DNA from: an uncultured Elusimicrobia bacterium
GTDB taxonomy: Bacteria > Elusimicrobiota > Elusimicrobia > UBA1565 > UBA9628
Length of the DNA: 64,000 nucleotides
Direction: 5' to 3'
NCBI GenBank assembly: GCA_964358485.1
Contig: CAYHPY010000001.1
Span: 81,382 to 145,381 of the forward strand
The notes under the pieces are model-generated. The model did no database searches. It saw only the letters and a program-made list of their open reading frames with translations, and was not told where the DNA came from. The translations under genes and the position numbers were made by a program. This document shows positions 36,937 through 45,896 of the stretch, in pieces. Numbering within the stretch: position 1 is the stretch's first letter; every line of letters begins with the position of its first letter.

Positions 36937-37860
36937 TTAGAACTTGCGGCGGTGGCGGCGGACGATCATCAGCGCCGAGGCGGCCGCGAGGCCGGCCAGG
37001 AGCAGGACCGCGAAGATTTTGGCGGGACCCTTGATGGCGGGGGCGAAGGGCAGGGGATGTTCGAGCACGCGGAAGGAGGCGAGGGTGTAGGAGAAGTCGC
37101 CCTCCAAAACGGGGAAATCCGCCAAATCGGCGATGCAGGTGATCAGGTAGCCCCGCTCCAGTCCCGGGACGATGATCGAGATGACCTTGAGGTCGTGGAC
37201 CTTGGTGGTCTCGGGCGTGATGAGGATTTTGGTCGTCCCCGAAAGGATGGTTTTGTAGACCGCCGGAATGACGACGACGGTTTTCTGCCCCGTGCCCGTC
37301 ACCCGTAGGGCCTTGAGCCGGTCGATTTCGATGATTTGGGCGCTCTGGCGGGAGTAGCCCTCGAACACGCCTTTGAGTTCGGACTCCACGATCTTCGCGG
37401 CCCGGTCCTTGAGCCGATCGGTCATCGGGGGAACCGGGGTTTCGGTGACCACCACGTTGAGCACGGGGGGCATCCGGCCCTCCGGGGCGGATTTGAGCAT
37501 GGAGAAAGCGTCGACAAACCGGCCTTTTTTATTTCCGGGGAAGGAGTGGTTCCAGCCGGGGGCCGGGGAAATGGCGAAGCCATAGGCCTGGTTTTTATGA
37601 GCTTCGTCGGGGATCGGTAGGCCCCGCCGCGGCGTGAAGAGCCAGAGCCCGAGGCTGACCGCCGAGACTAAGACCAGAATCCAGCCCCAAGGCCGGCTTT
37701 TGCGATCGAGCGGGCCGGTGGCCTGGGTGGAGGACGGAGCCGCGTAGCCGCCGTACTCGCGTTTGGCTTGGACCTCTTTCCAATGGGAGAAATTGATCTG
37801 ACAGCCCGCGCAATCCTTGGCCTTGTCCGGCTGTTTAAGTCCGCAATTGGGGCATTCCAT
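36937..37860 (-). CDS. membrane protein with N-terminal zinc-ribbon (CPNC...CAGC)
   Basis: MECPNCGLKQPDKAKDCAGCQ zinc ribbon, a TM helix (WILVLVSAVSLGLWLF), a periplasmic-type domain, and a C-terminal TM (IFAVLLLAGLAAASALMIV). Confidence 0.5.
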   Translation of the reverse strand: MECPNCGLKQPDKAKDCAGCQINFSHWKEVQAKREYGGYAAPSSTQATGPLDRKSRPWGWILVLVSAVSLGLWLFTPRRGLPIPDEAHKNQAYGFAISPAPGWNHSFPGNKKGRFVDAFSMLKSAPEGRMPPVLNVVVTETPVPPMTDRLKDRAAKIVESELKGVFEGYSRQSAQIIEIDRLKALRVTGTGQKTVVVIPAVYKTILSGTTKILITPETTKVHDLKVISIIVPGLERGYLITCIADLADFPVLEGDFSYTLASFRVLEHPLPFAPAIKGPAKIFAVLLLAGLAAASALMIVRRHRRKF

Positions 37861-37872
37861 GCGTGCGGCCTA

Positions 37873-38544
37873 TTATAACTGATCCCCGGCCGCCAAAGAG
37901 GCGATCTCAGCGGACGGCCAGATCCGGGTCCCTCGCTCGCCGCGCTTGGAAATGAGGACCAGGGCATGCCCCACGGCGCGGGCGGGGATCGGTTTGAGCC
38001 CCGCCAGAGGGCCCATCAGTAGGAAGGACAGCTTTCCCAGGAGCGAGAGCGCGGCCGCCTCCAAGGGGCGGCGTTCCGTGCGTTCGCCCAACAGAAGTCC
38101 CGGCCGAAGAATCTGCACGCTTTCGAAGCCCAGGCCCGACACGGCCGCCTCGATTTCGCCTTTGACGCGGGGGTAGAGAAACGGCGAGGACGCGTCGGCC
38201 CCCTGGGAGCTGACCAGGTAAAAGTTTCGCGCCCCTGAGGCGCGGCCGGCCCGGGCGGCCGCCAGGACATAGTCGAAATCCACCCGCCGGAAGGCCTCGG
38301 CGCTGCCCGCCTTTTTGCGGGTGGTGCCCAGACAGCAGAAGACGTCGTCGGCCGCGGGCAGGGGGCGCTCGGCCAAGCGCTCGAAATCAACGGGTTCGAA
38401 AGCGAGCTTCGGCGCGGCGGGAAGGGGGGAGCGTCCGGCCGCGATGACTTGGGCGAAGTCCGGGTCCTCCAGCAGGAACTTGACGCACCAACTCCCGACC
38501 AAACCGGTGGCGCCCAGGACCAGCGCCCGGCGTCCCGGGTTCAA
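37873..38544 (-). CDS. NAD(P)-binding atypical SDR/NmrA-like oxidoreductase
   Basis: N-terminal Rossmann motif LVLGATGLVGSWCV; 223 aa; 4-bp overlap with the downstream kinase gene. Confidence 0.6.
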   Translation of the reverse strand: MNPGRRALVLGATGLVGSWCVKFLLEDPDFAQVIAAGRSPLPAAPKLAFEPVDFERLAERPLPAADDVFCCLGTTRKKAGSAEAFRRVDFDYVLAAARAGRASGARNFYLVSSQGADASSPFLYPRVKGEIEAAVSGLGFESVQILRPGLLLGERTERRPLEAAALSLLGKLSFLLMGPLAGLKPIPARAVGHALVLISKRGERGTRIWPSAEIASLAAGDQL

Positions 38545-40685
38545 GCGCCGGAAATCGCCGCTTCAAACGCCGCGTAGAGCTCCGTGGCGTTGCGAAACCG
38601 CGCGTCGGGCAGGATGGCCAGGGCTTTCTTGAAGAATGGCTCCAGGGCGGGCGGGTGCGCGGCGATCTTTCCCTTGACCTTGGCCAGGTAGGGGTCCTTG
38701 CCGGTGAAGGGCAGTTCCCCGGTGGCCATCTCGAAGAGGCAGACCCCCAGGGCGTAGAGGTCGCTGGCCCGGCTGAGCTCCCCGCCGTGCTGTTCCGGGG
38801 CCATATAGGCGGGGGTGCCCATGGCGGTCTGGCTTTGGGTTTGAACGGAGGGGCTTGAGGTGCGGCGGGCCAGGCCGAAATCCATGATCTTGACCCGCCC
38901 GTGCTCGACCATGATGTTGGAGCTTTTTAGGTCCCGGTGGATGACGCCCTTGGAGTGGGCGTAGTCCAGGGCCTCGCACACGGGGCGCAGGATTCGGAGC
39001 ATTTCGGAGGGCTCCAGGCGCCGGGAGGCGCTGCGGTCGATCATCTGGAGGATGTTCTCGCCGTCCACCAGCTCGAAGACCAGATGGACTTCTCCGTTTT
39101 CGACGAACACGTCGTGGATCTGGACGATGGCGGGATGTTTGAGGGCGGCCACCGTCTTGGCTTCGGCCATGAAGCGCTCCAGCTCCTTGACGCTGGTTTG
39201 ATAGTGCTCGTGAAGCCGCTTGATGGCCACGGGCCGGTCCAGGCGGGTGTCCACGGCTTTGTAGACTTCGCCCATTCCCCCGCGGCCGATGAGCTTGCCT
39301 AATTTGAAATGCCCGCCGATGAGCCCGTCTTTGGCGGGCGGCGTGGCCGGGGGCGTGGCGGGTTGCTCCGGTTTGGGTGGCGCGGGGTGCTCCTCGGCGT
39401 GGCCCGTCACCTGGACATCCATGATTTCGGAATTGTCGGTTCGGCGCCAGGCCAGATAGACCGGGACGCTCACCGCCAGGAGGATGGCGATGAAAATAAA
39501 GGTCGGAAAATGGGGCGCCAGTTCCTCCGAGAAATTTCGAGCCCCGGGGGCCGCCGGGGTGGACGGGGCTCCCGGGGTCTTGGGGGCGCGGCCGAGTTCC
39601 GCCAGGGCTTCCGTATAATAGGAAGAGAAGGCGGGATTGAGTTCGGAGGCTTTTTTGAGGTCCTCAAGGTATTTTTCCGGGAGCTCGCCGAGGAGTTTTC
39701 GGGCCGTACCCTTCTGGACCCACGCGAAGGGGTCCTTGGGATCCAAGGCGACGGCCTTCTGAGCGTCGGCCAGGGCGTCCTTGGGCTTGCCGAGCTGGTT
39801 GTTGGCGGCGGCGCGCAGGGCAAGCAGGGCGGCGGCGTCGGGCTTGAGGGCCAGGCCGACGTTGGCGTCCTTGAGCGCGTCGGCGGGCTTTTTAAGGAAG
39901 AGGGAGGCGAACGCCCGCTGCATATAGGCTTTCGGGTTGCTGGGCATCTGGGCGATGGCCGCGGTGGCCTGACGGTGCATGGCCTCGTAGTCCCGCAGGC
40001 GCAGGGCGGTCTCGGCCTGGCCGGTGCGGCCGACGGATTCCGTAAATCCCGCCGGGCGGGTCAGGGCGGAGGCGGCTTGGCTGACGAGCAGGCGCACCTC
40101 GGCGGGGGTCGCCAATGGGGCGGGAATGCCGCCGGTGGACGCGGCCGTGCGGGGTTTGGAGAGGTTCAAGACGCCGGTCGCGGCCAGATCGTCCGGGTTC
40201 TTCTTGAGCACCGCCTGGGCGTCGGCGGCGGCTTCCGGATAGCGGCCCGAGGCGAAATTGGCGATGGCCCGCGCCTTCAGCGCGTCGGCGTTCTCCGGGT
40301 CGGCCGCGACGGCCTTTTCGGCGCGCTCCAGGGCCTTCGGATAATCCCCGGTTTGGGTGGCGAGGCGGGCGGCTGCGGCCTGGACCCCGGAGTCCTTGGG
40401 GAACATGTCGGCGAGGGCGTTGGAGTCCGTGGAGAGGGCCTGCTTTTGCTCCTCGTTCTTGCGCGCCTCTTCCGGGGCCGGGGGCGTCTTGGCCTTGGCG
40501 GCGGCGTCCTCGGTTTTTTGGATTTGTTCGATTTTGGCGCGGTTGTCTTCGAGGGTTTGGCGGGCTTTTTCAACCGTCAATAGGGAGTATTGTCCGAAGG
40601 ATGGGCGAGGAGTAGTGGGGGGCTCTTGTGAGACCGCAATCTGGCCGCAGAAAATAACGATAAGTGGGACTAGAAACGGTCTCAT
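38541..40685 (-). CDS. receptor-type Hanks Ser/Thr protein kinase with extracytoplasmic TPR sensor domain
   Basis: Signal peptide MRPFLVPLIVIFCGQIA, TPR-rich region, TM helix (FIFIAILLAVSVPVYLAW), then a kinase domain with IGRGGMGEVYKA, AIKRL, HRDLKSSNIMV, DFGLAR and GTPAYMAPE. The start is trimmed to 40685. Confidence 0.8.
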   Translation of the reverse strand: MRPFLVPLIVIFCGQIAVSQEPPTTPRPSFGQYSLLTVEKARQTLEDNRAKIEQIQKTEDAAAKAKTPPAPEEARKNEEQKQALSTDSNALADMFPKDSGVQAAAARLATQTGDYPKALERAEKAVAADPENADALKARAIANFASGRYPEAAADAQAVLKKNPDDLAATGVLNLSKPRTAASTGGIPAPLATPAEVRLLVSQAASALTRPAGFTESVGRTGQAETALRLRDYEAMHRQATAAIAQMPSNPKAYMQRAFASLFLKKPADALKDANVGLALKPDAAALLALRAAANNQLGKPKDALADAQKAVALDPKDPFAWVQKGTARKLLGELPEKYLEDLKKASELNPAFSSYYTEALAELGRAPKTPGAPSTPAAPGARNFSEELAPHFPTFIFIAILLAVSVPVYLAWRRTDNSEIMDVQVTGHAEEHPAPPKPEQPATPPATPPAKDGLIGGHFKLGKLIGRGGMGEVYKAVDTRLDRPVAIKRLHEHYQTSVKELERFMAEAKTVAALKHPAIVQIHDVFVENGEVHLVFELVDGENILQMIDRSASRRLEPSEMLRILRPVCEALDYAHSKGVIHRDLKSSNIMVEHGRVKIMDFGLARRTSSPSVQTQSQTAMGTPAYMAPEQHGGELSRASDLYALGVCLFEMATGELPFTGKDPYLAKVKGKIAAHPPALEPFFKKALAILPDARFRNATELYAAFEAAISGA

Positions 40686-40725
40686 TTCACTATTATGGTA
40701 AAATCGGGAAAGGCACTCAATAGAG

Positions 40726-41292
40726 GTGAAAATGAAAATTCTATTCCTCGTCATCGCTTTCCTCCCCGTGTTCGCATCGGCGGGAAATCCTATCCAAAAA
40801 ACAAAGCGGAATGCGCTACAGAAAAAATTTGACTCTTTGGTGTTGCGCCTGAATTCTATTCCGGGAGGCAAGTGCCTGAGTCAGGAAGTCGCTTCGTCTT
40901 TCGAGGTTCCGGAGCATTGGGAGTGCCGTTTGGAGGAAGTCGATGCTGAGTCCACCACCGATGGGATGGTGCATAACGCGAATCTCCTGGTGGAAATCTC
41001 TACGACAGCGGCCGAACGGGGAGCCAGGCGATTAGTGTTTTTTTCAATGGAGTGGGGTTCGGATCGCAGAAGCGTGGAATACTACACTTTCATCACTTCC
41101 CTGGACGGCGAACTGGTCAAGGCCTTGGAAACGCACAGCAAACGGGACGAAAAAGGCCAAGGGGTGAGGGGCTCGGCCATCGACATCCCCCAGGACCTAA
41201 AAGCCAAAGAAATCCGCGACCGCTATAAGCACGAACTCGAGTTCTGGCTCGACGGCAAGTACCGCAAGAAGCAGAAGCCGAAAAAGAACTAG
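40726..41292 (+). CDS. secreted hypothetical protein (left boundary paralog of the secreted-protein island)
   Basis: Signal peptide MKMKILFLVIAFLPVFASA. The C-terminus RYKHELEFWLDGKYRKKQKPKK matches the C-terminus of the protein at 52754-53350 ([18 protein letters not shown]). Confidence 0.5.
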   Translation: MKMKILFLVIAFLPVFASAGNPIQKTKRNALQKKFDSLVLRLNSIPGGKCLSQEVASSFEVPEHWECRLEEVDAESTTDGMVHNANLLVEISTTAAERGARRLVFFSMEWGSDRRSVEYYTFITSLDGELVKALETHSKRDEKGQGVRGSAIDIPQDLKAKEIRDRYKHELEFWLDGKYRKKQKPKKN

Positions 41293-41433
41293 CCGCCGCC
41301 CCCTTACGGATCGATGGTTTATTTACCATCAATCCCAGAGGGACCCAAGGGGATGCCCAAAAAGGCCGGCGGGAAGTAGGCCAATTCGCGCCCTTGACAG
41401 TTCCAGCCTCCGGCCCTATCCTATAGCGATCCC

Positions 41434-41853
41434 GTGACCCTATCCCGCCCCTGGCGTTTCGCCCTCGCGGGCGGCCTCTTCTTGGCCGCCGCGCCCATCC
41501 TTCAAGCGGGCACGGATTTTCTCAATTTCAGGGAGACCAGCGTTCCTCAGGAGGTCCGGGCCGATTTGGAGACAATCGGCTACGTCTTTGAAGAAAGATT
41601 CGGAGGCGTTCGAAAACCCCGTGAATGGCCCTTGGAAAAGGCTGAATATCTCGCCTTCCTGGAGCCTCACGACCTGAAAGCCAAGCCCATCGATGAAAGT
41701 CTTCGTGTTTCCTTGCTCCTTCGCGGCTACCGAATGGATCAGGACGCGGGACGCATACTGACCGGGGAGCCCGCCCGGCCACGAACTTGGAGATCCAAGC
41801 CTTCAAGAAATCCATGGAGGACGCCCAGCGGGCCAACAGCCTGGAGCGACTGA
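41434..41853 (+). CDS. secreted N-terminal ORF, possibly the frameshifted 5' part of the downstream HExxH gene
   Basis: Signal peptide MTLSRPWRFALAGGLFLAAAPILQAG. It overlaps by 67 nt, in another frame, the 41787 ORF, which lacks both a signal peptide and an ATG start. Confidence 0.4.
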   Translation: MTLSRPWRFALAGGLFLAAAPILQAGTDFLNFRETSVPQEVRADLETIGYVFEERFGGVRKPREWPLEKAEYLAFLEPHDLKAKPIDESLRVSLLLRGYRMDQDAGRILTGEPARPRTWRSKPSRNPWRTPSGPTAWSD

Positions 41854-43118
41854 CCCAATTCCTATCCGAGCAGAACCCCGATAGGCCGCTGCACTTCAAT
41901 CATTGGATGAAAGCGAAAGGGATGGGAGCGGAGGGCCCTCCCGGGTTGGTCGGCGCCCTCCAGGATCCCAACCAAAAAGCGGGCGAGCTGCTGTCAACCG
42001 CCCGCCAGGCTCAATTGGAAGGCGCCCGCGTTTTCGACGGCAAGAAATCCCTGCCTGACTGGGACAAGGACACTTTGCCGGTGAAGCCTGATTGGGGCGG
42101 GGCAAGCCGGGTGCCCTACGCGGGGGATGTGGAGCGGCGCTTGGGCTCCCTCTTAAGCGCCTCGGCGGAGACCCACCTGGCCAAGAACCCGGCGGGCCGT
42201 GAACTGCTGGACCGCTTCCGCGGCAAGGACGGCAAGGTGGAGCTGCCCGCCTTCCTCATCCTGCCGATCAACGACTCCATGGACGCCGCCTACTCGGCCC
42301 CCAACAAGGCGCTGATCTTCAATCAGACCTACGTCGTCAGGGGGATGACGGAAAAACTTCCCGAGAGGAAGCGATCGGAGCTCCGCCGGGAGCTGGCCGA
42401 CCCCAAGAAGTTCGCGGAGTATCTGTTGGCGCATCCCGAGGCCCGGGACGCCTTCATCGCCGGCCACGATGTTCAGATGGTCCACGAGTTGACCCACGGG
42501 TTTCAGGACCGCCTGGGGACGTTGTCGGAGGAGCAGGAGCGGGGAAACCTGCCGCAGGGGACCATCATCGAGAAGGAGACGGAGGCCTTTTTCGCGCATG
42601 CCAAGTACCTGCATCACAAATTGGTGCAGGATCCGGAGTCTGTGAGGGACAATCCGAGACTTGAGGAGTATGCCGAATTCATTAAAAGCGCTGAGGTTTT
42701 GGAAAAGATTGTTTCCGATGCTTACACGCAGAATTATCCGACGGGGGCGGCGACATTCCCTACCCTGAAATCCATCCAGAGGGAACGGATCAGCCAGGCC
42801 CGAATTTTAATAGGAGAGAGCGCGTACGAGAAAATCGGTGAATTGAAGCTTCGAGGCTTGCAAGCCGGCATGAAGGAATTGGAGGCCGAAGAGAGCCGAG
42901 TTTCGGCCAGGATGCTAAAATTCATGAATGACGAATACCCAGCGATTCAAATGGAGGGGCGAAGGCGATTGGCCGCCCTGTATATCGTGAAGGCGCGGCT
43001 TGAGCCGGAATGGTATAAACGGGATGGGTATTTAAATTCCGCCAAAGACTTGGTTTCCGATGAAAAATCTTTGCGCCTGATTGCGAGCTTGCGCACGGAG
43101 CCGCCCGAGGACGAATAA
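41787..43118 (+). CDS. HExxH-motif protein (putative zincin-like metallopeptidase)
   Basis: Contains VHELTHGF (HExxH). A TTG start is inferred (the first ATG is at 41814). Its 3' third is duplicated at 43936-44211. Confidence 0.5.
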   Translation: MEIQAFKKSMEDAQRANSLERLTQFLSEQNPDRPLHFNHWMKAKGMGAEGPPGLVGALQDPNQKAGELLSTARQAQLEGARVFDGKKSLPDWDKDTLPVKPDWGGASRVPYAGDVERRLGSLLSASAETHLAKNPAGRELLDRFRGKDGKVELPAFLILPINDSMDAAYSAPNKALIFNQTYVVRGMTEKLPERKRSELRRELADPKKFAEYLLAHPEARDAFIAGHDVQMVHELTHGFQDRLGTLSEEQERGNLPQGTIIEKETEAFFAHAKYLHHKLVQDPESVRDNPRLEEYAEFIKSAEVLEKIVSDAYTQNYPTGAATFPTLKSIQRERISQARILIGESAYEKIGELKLRGLQAGMKELEAEESRVSARMLKFMNDEYPAIQMEGRRRLAALYIVKARLEPEWYKRDGYLNSAKDLVSDEKSLRLIASLRTEPPEDE

Positions 43119-43645
43119 TGAGAAAGACTGTTTTCGCCATTTTTGCCGCCTTTTTCTCGGCCTGCGCCAATAAAACATCCGTTCCCGGCATGGAGTTGGC
43201 CGTTTACGAAGACCCATCGGGCCTATTCTCTTGTGAGGGTCCCGCCGATTGGCGCGTTCACGAACATCGAACGCATAAAGGTTTTGTCCAATTTTTCGGC
43301 CCGGCGGGAGACGCGCCCTTCGGAGCATCTATCGGCATCCATTACGTCCATCCCGATAATCCCGGTATTTTTACCCCGATCGACAAGTATCCCGCGCTGA
43401 TGTCATCCGGGGCCGTGCCGCGCGAGCGCCTATGGCGCGGCCAAAAAGTCATCGAGTTCGACTACCTAAAAAAGCCGTTCGAGATCCACGGCAAGGTCGA
43501 GCCGGGAATGCGGAAGCATTTAAGCGTGCTCATCCCCGCCAAGACCGGCTATTTCGTCCTCGACCATTCGGTCAACGAGAAATACCACCACGAGACTAAG
43601 CACGTGTTTGAGACCGTGGTCAACAGCTTTCGCCCGAAAGACTAA
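43118..43645 (+). CDS. lipoprotein, paralog A
   Basis: Signal peptide plus lipobox-like Cys (MRKTVFAIFAAFFSACANK). About 88 percent aa identity to 44211-44735; start is coupled to the upstream stop (TAATGA). Confidence 0.6.
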   Translation: MRKTVFAIFAAFFSACANKTSVPGMELAVYEDPSGLFSCEGPADWRVHEHRTHKGFVQFFGPAGDAPFGASIGIHYVHPDNPGIFTPIDKYPALMSSGAVPRERLWRGQKVIEFDYLKKPFEIHGKVEPGMRKHLSVLIPAKTGYFVLDHSVNEKYHHETKHVFETVVNSFRPKD

Positions 43646-43649
43646 ATTC

Positions 43650-43790
43650 AGCGTTTCGACTTGCCGCGGCGCCGTTTTTCCGGGGCTCTTGAGGCGCCCA
43701 GTGCATCCTGGAGCCGCCGCCGCCGTATCCTCGGCCTCGACCACAGCGCGTCTTCGGCCCCGGAAGGCGGCCTGCAGGCGCCGGAGCAAT
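43650..43790 (-). pseudogene. remnant of SEC-C-domain gene (internal deletion in duplicated copy A)
   Basis: The minus-strand fragment LRRLQAAFRGRRRAVVEAEDTAAA matches the C-terminal part of the intact gene at 44732-45799. Confidence 0.4.
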
Positions 43791-43807
43791 GGGGGCGCGG
43801 AATTAGG

Positions 43808-43850
43808 GAAAGCTTAAGTAGGGCGGTGCCAGGTATCCACTTTCTGCATT
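43808..43850. repeat. 45-bp junction repeat containing a solo MITE TIR
   Basis: agggaaagcttaagtagggcggtgccaggtatccactttctgca carries the 21-bp TIR (43825-43845). The same repeat ends duplicated copy B at 45838-45880. Confidence 0.6.
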
Positions 43851-43935
43851 CCCTACCCTGAAATCCATCCAGAGGGAACGGATCAGCCAGGCCCGAATTT
43901 TAATAGGAGAGAGCGCGTACGAGAAAATCGGTGAA

Positions 43936-44211
43936 TTGAAGCTTCGAGGCTTGCAAGCCGGCATGAAGGAATTGGAGGCCGAAGAGAGCCGAGTTTCGGC
44001 CAGGATGCTAAAATTCATGAATGACGAATACCCAGCGATTCAAATGGAGGGGCGAAGGCGATTGGCCGCCCTGTATATCGTGAAGGCGCGGCTTGAGCCG
44101 GAATGGTATAAACGGGATGGGTATTTAAATTCCGCCAAAGACTTGGTTTCCGATGAAAAATCTTTGCGCCTGATTGCGAGCTTGCGCACGGAGCCGCCCG
44201 AGGACGAATAA
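43936..44211 (+). pseudogene. duplicated 3' fragment (91 codons) of the HExxH gene
   Basis: Nucleotide sequence 43851-44225 is near-identical to 42755-43130. It encodes only the C-terminal 91 aa (MKLRGLQAGMKELEAE...), with no upstream gene body. Confidence 0.5.
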
Positions 44212-44735
44212 TGAGAAAGACTGTTTTCGCCATTTTTGCCGCCTTTTTCTCGGCCTGCGCCAATAAAACATCCGTTCCCGGCATGGAGTTGGCCGTTTAC
44301 GAAGACCCTTCGGGCCTATTCTCTTGCGAGGGACCCGCGGATTGGCGGGTTTATGAGCACAAAGGCGATAAAGGCCATGTCCAATTTTTCGGACCGGCGG
44401 GAAACTCGCCCTTCGGAGCCTCCATCGGCATACATCACTTGCACCCCAGCGAAGCCTGGTTTGTCCCGATCGACAAGTATCCCGCGCTGATGTCGTCGCG
44501 GGCCATTCCTAGGGAGCGCATGTGGCGCGGCCAAAAAGTCATCGAGTTCGATTACCTAAAAAAGCCGTTCGAGATCCACGGCAAGGTCGAACCGGGAATG
44601 CGGAAGCATTTAAGCGTGCTCATCCCCGCCAAGACCGGCTATTTCGTCCTCGACCATTCGGTCAACGAGAAACACCACCACGAGACGACGCAGGTATTCG
44701 ACGCCGTCGTCAACAGCTTCCGTCCCAAGGATTAA
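44211..44735 (+). CDS. lipoprotein, paralog B
   Basis: The same signal/lipobox N-terminus as 43118-43645, with a diverged central region (YEHKGDKGHVQFFGPAGNSP...HHLHPSEAWFVP). Confidence 0.6.
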   Translation: MRKTVFAIFAAFFSACANKTSVPGMELAVYEDPSGLFSCEGPADWRVYEHKGDKGHVQFFGPAGNSPFGASIGIHHLHPSEAWFVPIDKYPALMSSRAIPRERMWRGQKVIEFDYLKKPFEIHGKVEPGMRKHLSVLIPAKTGYFVLDHSVNEKHHHETTQVFDAVVNSFRPKD

Positions 44736-45799
44736 GTGCCGCGCCGCGGACCCCCGCGGCGCCGTTTTTTCGGGGCTTTGGAGGCGCCCAACGCTTCCAC
44801 GAGGCGCCGAGCCCGGTCCGCCAACTCCGCCGGGACCGGCAGGCCCAGGGCTTCCCGCATCCAGATGATGGAGGGGATGTTCAACGAGCCCGATAGTGCG
44901 TCGGGGGCGCGCGCGAGCGAGGACTCGTATTCCTTGAGCAGGTCGGCGAGAAACCTCCTCCCTTCTGAGTTGCCGGCGGCTTGGCGGGGGGTCCGGCCTC
45001 CCAAAGCGGGCACGGGTTCGTCCGGCCAGCGCCTTTCCCTTTCCTGGAGGGCTCCCGCCAGGGCGCTTCGGGGATCCGCCGCCGCCGTATCCTCGGCCTT
45101 GACCACAGCGCGTCTTCGGCCCCGGAAGGCGGCCTGCAGGCGCCGGAGCAATGGCGGCGCGGAATTGAGGAACGCCTGCCATGAAAGGCCGGGCTCATGG
45201 ACCTTGGCCATGCGGTAGGCGCCCTCTACCTCAAACTTGAGTTCCAAGCGCTCCAGAGGGGAGAACACGACGGCTTCGCCCCAGGCTTCCGCGGGTCCGC
45301 CCTGGCGCCTCAGGCGCATCCCCAAGACGTCCCAAACCGCCGCTTGGCGCGAGGACGACACGTCGGCCACATCGAACTTCTCGCCGGAGAAGAGATCCTG
45401 GACGGCCAGGCCCGTCCCGGGACGGACCTCAAGCACCTCGACGATCGTGACGGCCGTGGACTTATGCTTGGCCAACTCGGAGCGGTCGGAAGCGCTCAAG
45501 TCCTCGGCGCGCTCGGCCTCGAAGCGCTCCAGCAAGGTCCGTCCGCCCCGGCGGCGGCCGGTGATCAGCCAGTCCAAAAATAAGCCGAAACGGGGTCCCT
45601 CCTTGACCGGGCCGGCCTCTCCGTGTTCCTCCCAGGCGGCCTGCAGTTCGGCCTTGCCTGCCGCCTCGAGCGCGAAGGCGGCGATCTCCTCGGTGAGGGA
45701 CGTGAGGCGCGGCGTCGGGGCGCCGTCTTTCAGGCAGCAATTCTTATATTTCTTCCCGGAGCCGCAGGGGCAAGGCTGGTTTCGTCCGATTCTGCCCAT
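44732..45799 (-). CDS. SEC-C metal-binding motif protein
   Basis: N-terminal QPCPCGSGKKYKNCC (SEC-C/YecA-type Zn motif). The start is trimmed to MGRIGRN at 45799; 4-bp overlap with the paralog B stop. Confidence 0.6.
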   Translation of the reverse strand: MGRIGRNQPCPCGSGKKYKNCCLKDGAPTPRLTSLTEEIAAFALEAAGKAELQAAWEEHGEAGPVKEGPRFGLFLDWLITGRRRGGRTLLERFEAERAEDLSASDRSELAKHKSTAVTIVEVLEVRPGTGLAVQDLFSGEKFDVADVSSSRQAAVWDVLGMRLRRQGGPAEAWGEAVVFSPLERLELKFEVEGAYRMAKVHEPGLSWQAFLNSAPPLLRRLQAAFRGRRRAVVKAEDTAAADPRSALAGALQERERRWPDEPVPALGGRTPRQAAGNSEGRRFLADLLKEYESSLARAPDALSGSLNIPSIIWMREALGLPVPAELADRARRLVEALGASKAPKKRRRGGPRRGT

Positions 45800-45837
45800 A
45801 TATAAGAATAGGCTATCAATCTCAGAGGCGACCAAGG

Positions 45838-45880
45838 GAAAGCTTAAGTGGGGCGGTGCCAGGTATCCACTTTCTGCACT
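45838..45880. repeat. 45-bp junction repeat containing a solo MITE TIR (second copy)
   Basis: agggaaagcttaagtggggcggtgccaggtatccactttctgca; TIR at 45855-45875. Confidence 0.6.
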
Positions 45881-45896
45881 TTCCCCCGGGCCGATC

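Noticed and set aside
42734-44018. Two identical 63/71-aa minus-strand ORFs (42734-42925 and 43803-44018)
   Set aside because: They are antisense to the duplicated 3' end of the HExxH gene. Their identity simply reflects the tandem duplication, not a conserved gene.
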